A stretch of DNA of 64,000 nt from Octopus sinensis. Taxonomy: Eukaryota. Below, in pieces: positions 62,413-64,000 of the stretch (position 1 is the first letter of the stretch; the number at the start of each line of letters is the position of its first letter). Under the pieces are notes generated by a model that saw only the letters and a list, made by a program, of their open reading frames with translations, made no database searches and was not told where the DNA came from. A program made the position numbers and the translations under genes. The DNA lies in the NCBI RefSeq assembly GCF_006345805.1, contig NC_042997.1, forward strand, positions 156,736,001 through 156,800,000. Direction: 5' to 3'.

Positions 62413-62630
62413 TATCATCATCATCATTTAATGTCCGTTTTCCATGCTAGCATGAGTTGGACAGTTCGACTGGGATCTTGGAAGCCAGGAGGCTGTGCCA
62501 GGCTCCAGTCTGATCTGGCAGTGTTTCTACAGCTGGATGCCCTCCCTAACGCCAACCACTCTGTGAGTTTAGTGGGTGCTTTTACATACCACCGGCACAG
62601 GGGCCAGAGGAGGATGGCAAACGGCCAGTG
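62413..62630 (-). mobile_element. RTE 3'UTR fragment
   Basis: (TA)n-(CAT)n-ttaatgtccgttttccatgctagc... Confidence 0.85.
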
Positions 62631-62799
62631 AGAACCTCTCTGGGCTTGTGGTGCATCAAAGCACTGATGTTTATATTGCTGGTGAGCAATAACCGTCTGC
62701 TTGCTACAGCCACTGCCAGATCATAAAGATTTCAGTGTTTCTAGGCCTTGTCAATGATAGACATATGCAGTTAGACTGAGCAACTGATTACCCCATTAG

Positions 62800-62850
<51 letters not shown>

Positions 62851-63698
62851 ATCTCAGTGTGTATTCAGACACAGCATATGTGTGAATCTATACACACATA
62901 TTGTTGACATAAAGTTCGAGAGAATGTGAAATAATTATAATTTAAACAATAAATCTTGAAGTACCTGAAGCTAGAAATAATAGGGTACATATATTGGGTT
63001 AAAAAAAACCCACTTGGATAGAAATAGTCAAAGATTGCTCTTGGAACATGAACCCACATCTGTAAACATGTAAATATTCACATGCCATCAGTTATAGCTT
63101 TATGCGCTTCGAGATTCGTCATTTCAAAACAAAATACACACACACTCTGTAAGGTGGTTGGTATTAGGAAGTGCATCCAGCCATAGAAACTATGCCAAAA
63201 CATAAACTGGAGTTCCATTGGGTTGTTGGATCCTGTCAAGCCATCCAACTCATGATAGCATGGAAAATAAATGGATAATAATGATATATGTGTGTGTGTG
63301 TTTTAAATTTATTTTTTAACTTTATGCACAAAATTTACCAAACTATTTTTATTTGCTTTAATGTGTACTGCAAAAATATAAAAAAAAGCTTGGGAGAATG
63401 GTTTCTAAAATATTTCAATTTTTTTGAATTCCAGTTCTAAATTTGGAATAAAACTGTCAAAATATTCTGATATCTGTATCTATAATTGCTAATGTCCTGA
63501 CTTTATAGTAAGAACATACAGGAAACCATTTGCATGTGTGCATATGTGTGTGTTTGCATGATGACAATGGCATTTTAAAATGGCTACTTCACAAAATGTC
63601 ACTAAGGTTAGTAGACATGTTATCTCTTTACCTTTTTATTTGTTTCAGTCATTAAACTGTGGCCATGCTGGGACACTGCCTTGAAAAAAAAAGTTTTC

Positions 63699-63764
63699 TT
63701 CCCAAGCAGGGAAATGAATCCTGTCCGCTATAGTGGGAGTGCAGAATCCTAACCACTAGATCAC
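63699..63764 (-). pseudogene. tRNA-Glu-like pseudogene or isolated SINE head
   Basis: Reverse complement GTGATCTAGTGGTTAGGATTCTGCACTCCCACTATAGCGGACAGGATTCATTTCCCTGCTTGGGAA aligns with eukaryotic tRNA-Glu (GTGGTCTAGTGGTTAGGATTCGGCGCTCTCACCGCCGCGGCCCGGGTTCGATTCCCGGTCAGGGAA). The 5' acceptor strand is missing and the T-loop is damaged. Confidence 0.6.
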
Positions 63765-64000
63765 TTTATGGAGAAAAGAATATTAATCATTTTGATCCCA
63801 ACCACTCTGAAACCACTACAGATTTCTTTGAGTCAAACCTTATTACAAAGAGATATTTTCAATAAAATCATCCAACATTATTTTATGTAAAACCCTTTTG
63901 TTAAGTCTTTGTATTTGGTTTACAAGATTCTAGATGTGAATTCATGTGTTGAAACAAATTTTGTTGTGTCTTGGGAAAGTCATTACACCAATAATAATAA

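Overview
Eukaryotic, AT-rich, microsatellite-dense genomic DNA. The repeat families (tRNA-derived SINEs, an RTE LINE with (GAT)n tails) point to an octopod cephalopod; this is an inference. One protein-coding gene is supported, on the minus strand: a DOK7-like PH+PTB docking protein with six in-frame exons between 39075 and 20302 (4553 nt, about 1516 codons). Its first ~33 codons were not found and probably lie beyond the window. Unlike vertebrate DOK7 (~500 aa), it has a ~1300-aa low-complexity tail with YxxM, YxN, YxxP and tandem SHP2-type motifs, resembling IRS/Gab/FRS2. The rest is intron or intergenic DNA filled with three SINE families, 5'-truncated RTE LINEs (one with an intact RT C-terminus containing a PHD-type finger), a CR1 3' end, a Penelope-like GIY-YIG relic, foldback elements with hammerhead-like cores, a non-autonomous Helitron, Tc1/mariner and piggyBac-like MITEs, and a tRNA-Glu-like pseudogene. 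The most unusual signals are (i) the adaptor's signalling tail, (ii) ~40-bp inverted templated segments and head-to-head pairs at young RTE 5' junctions, and (iii) hammerhead-like cores in palindromic or convergent arrangements. No rRNA or CRISPR was seen. Repeat boundaries were read by eye and are approximate unless stated.
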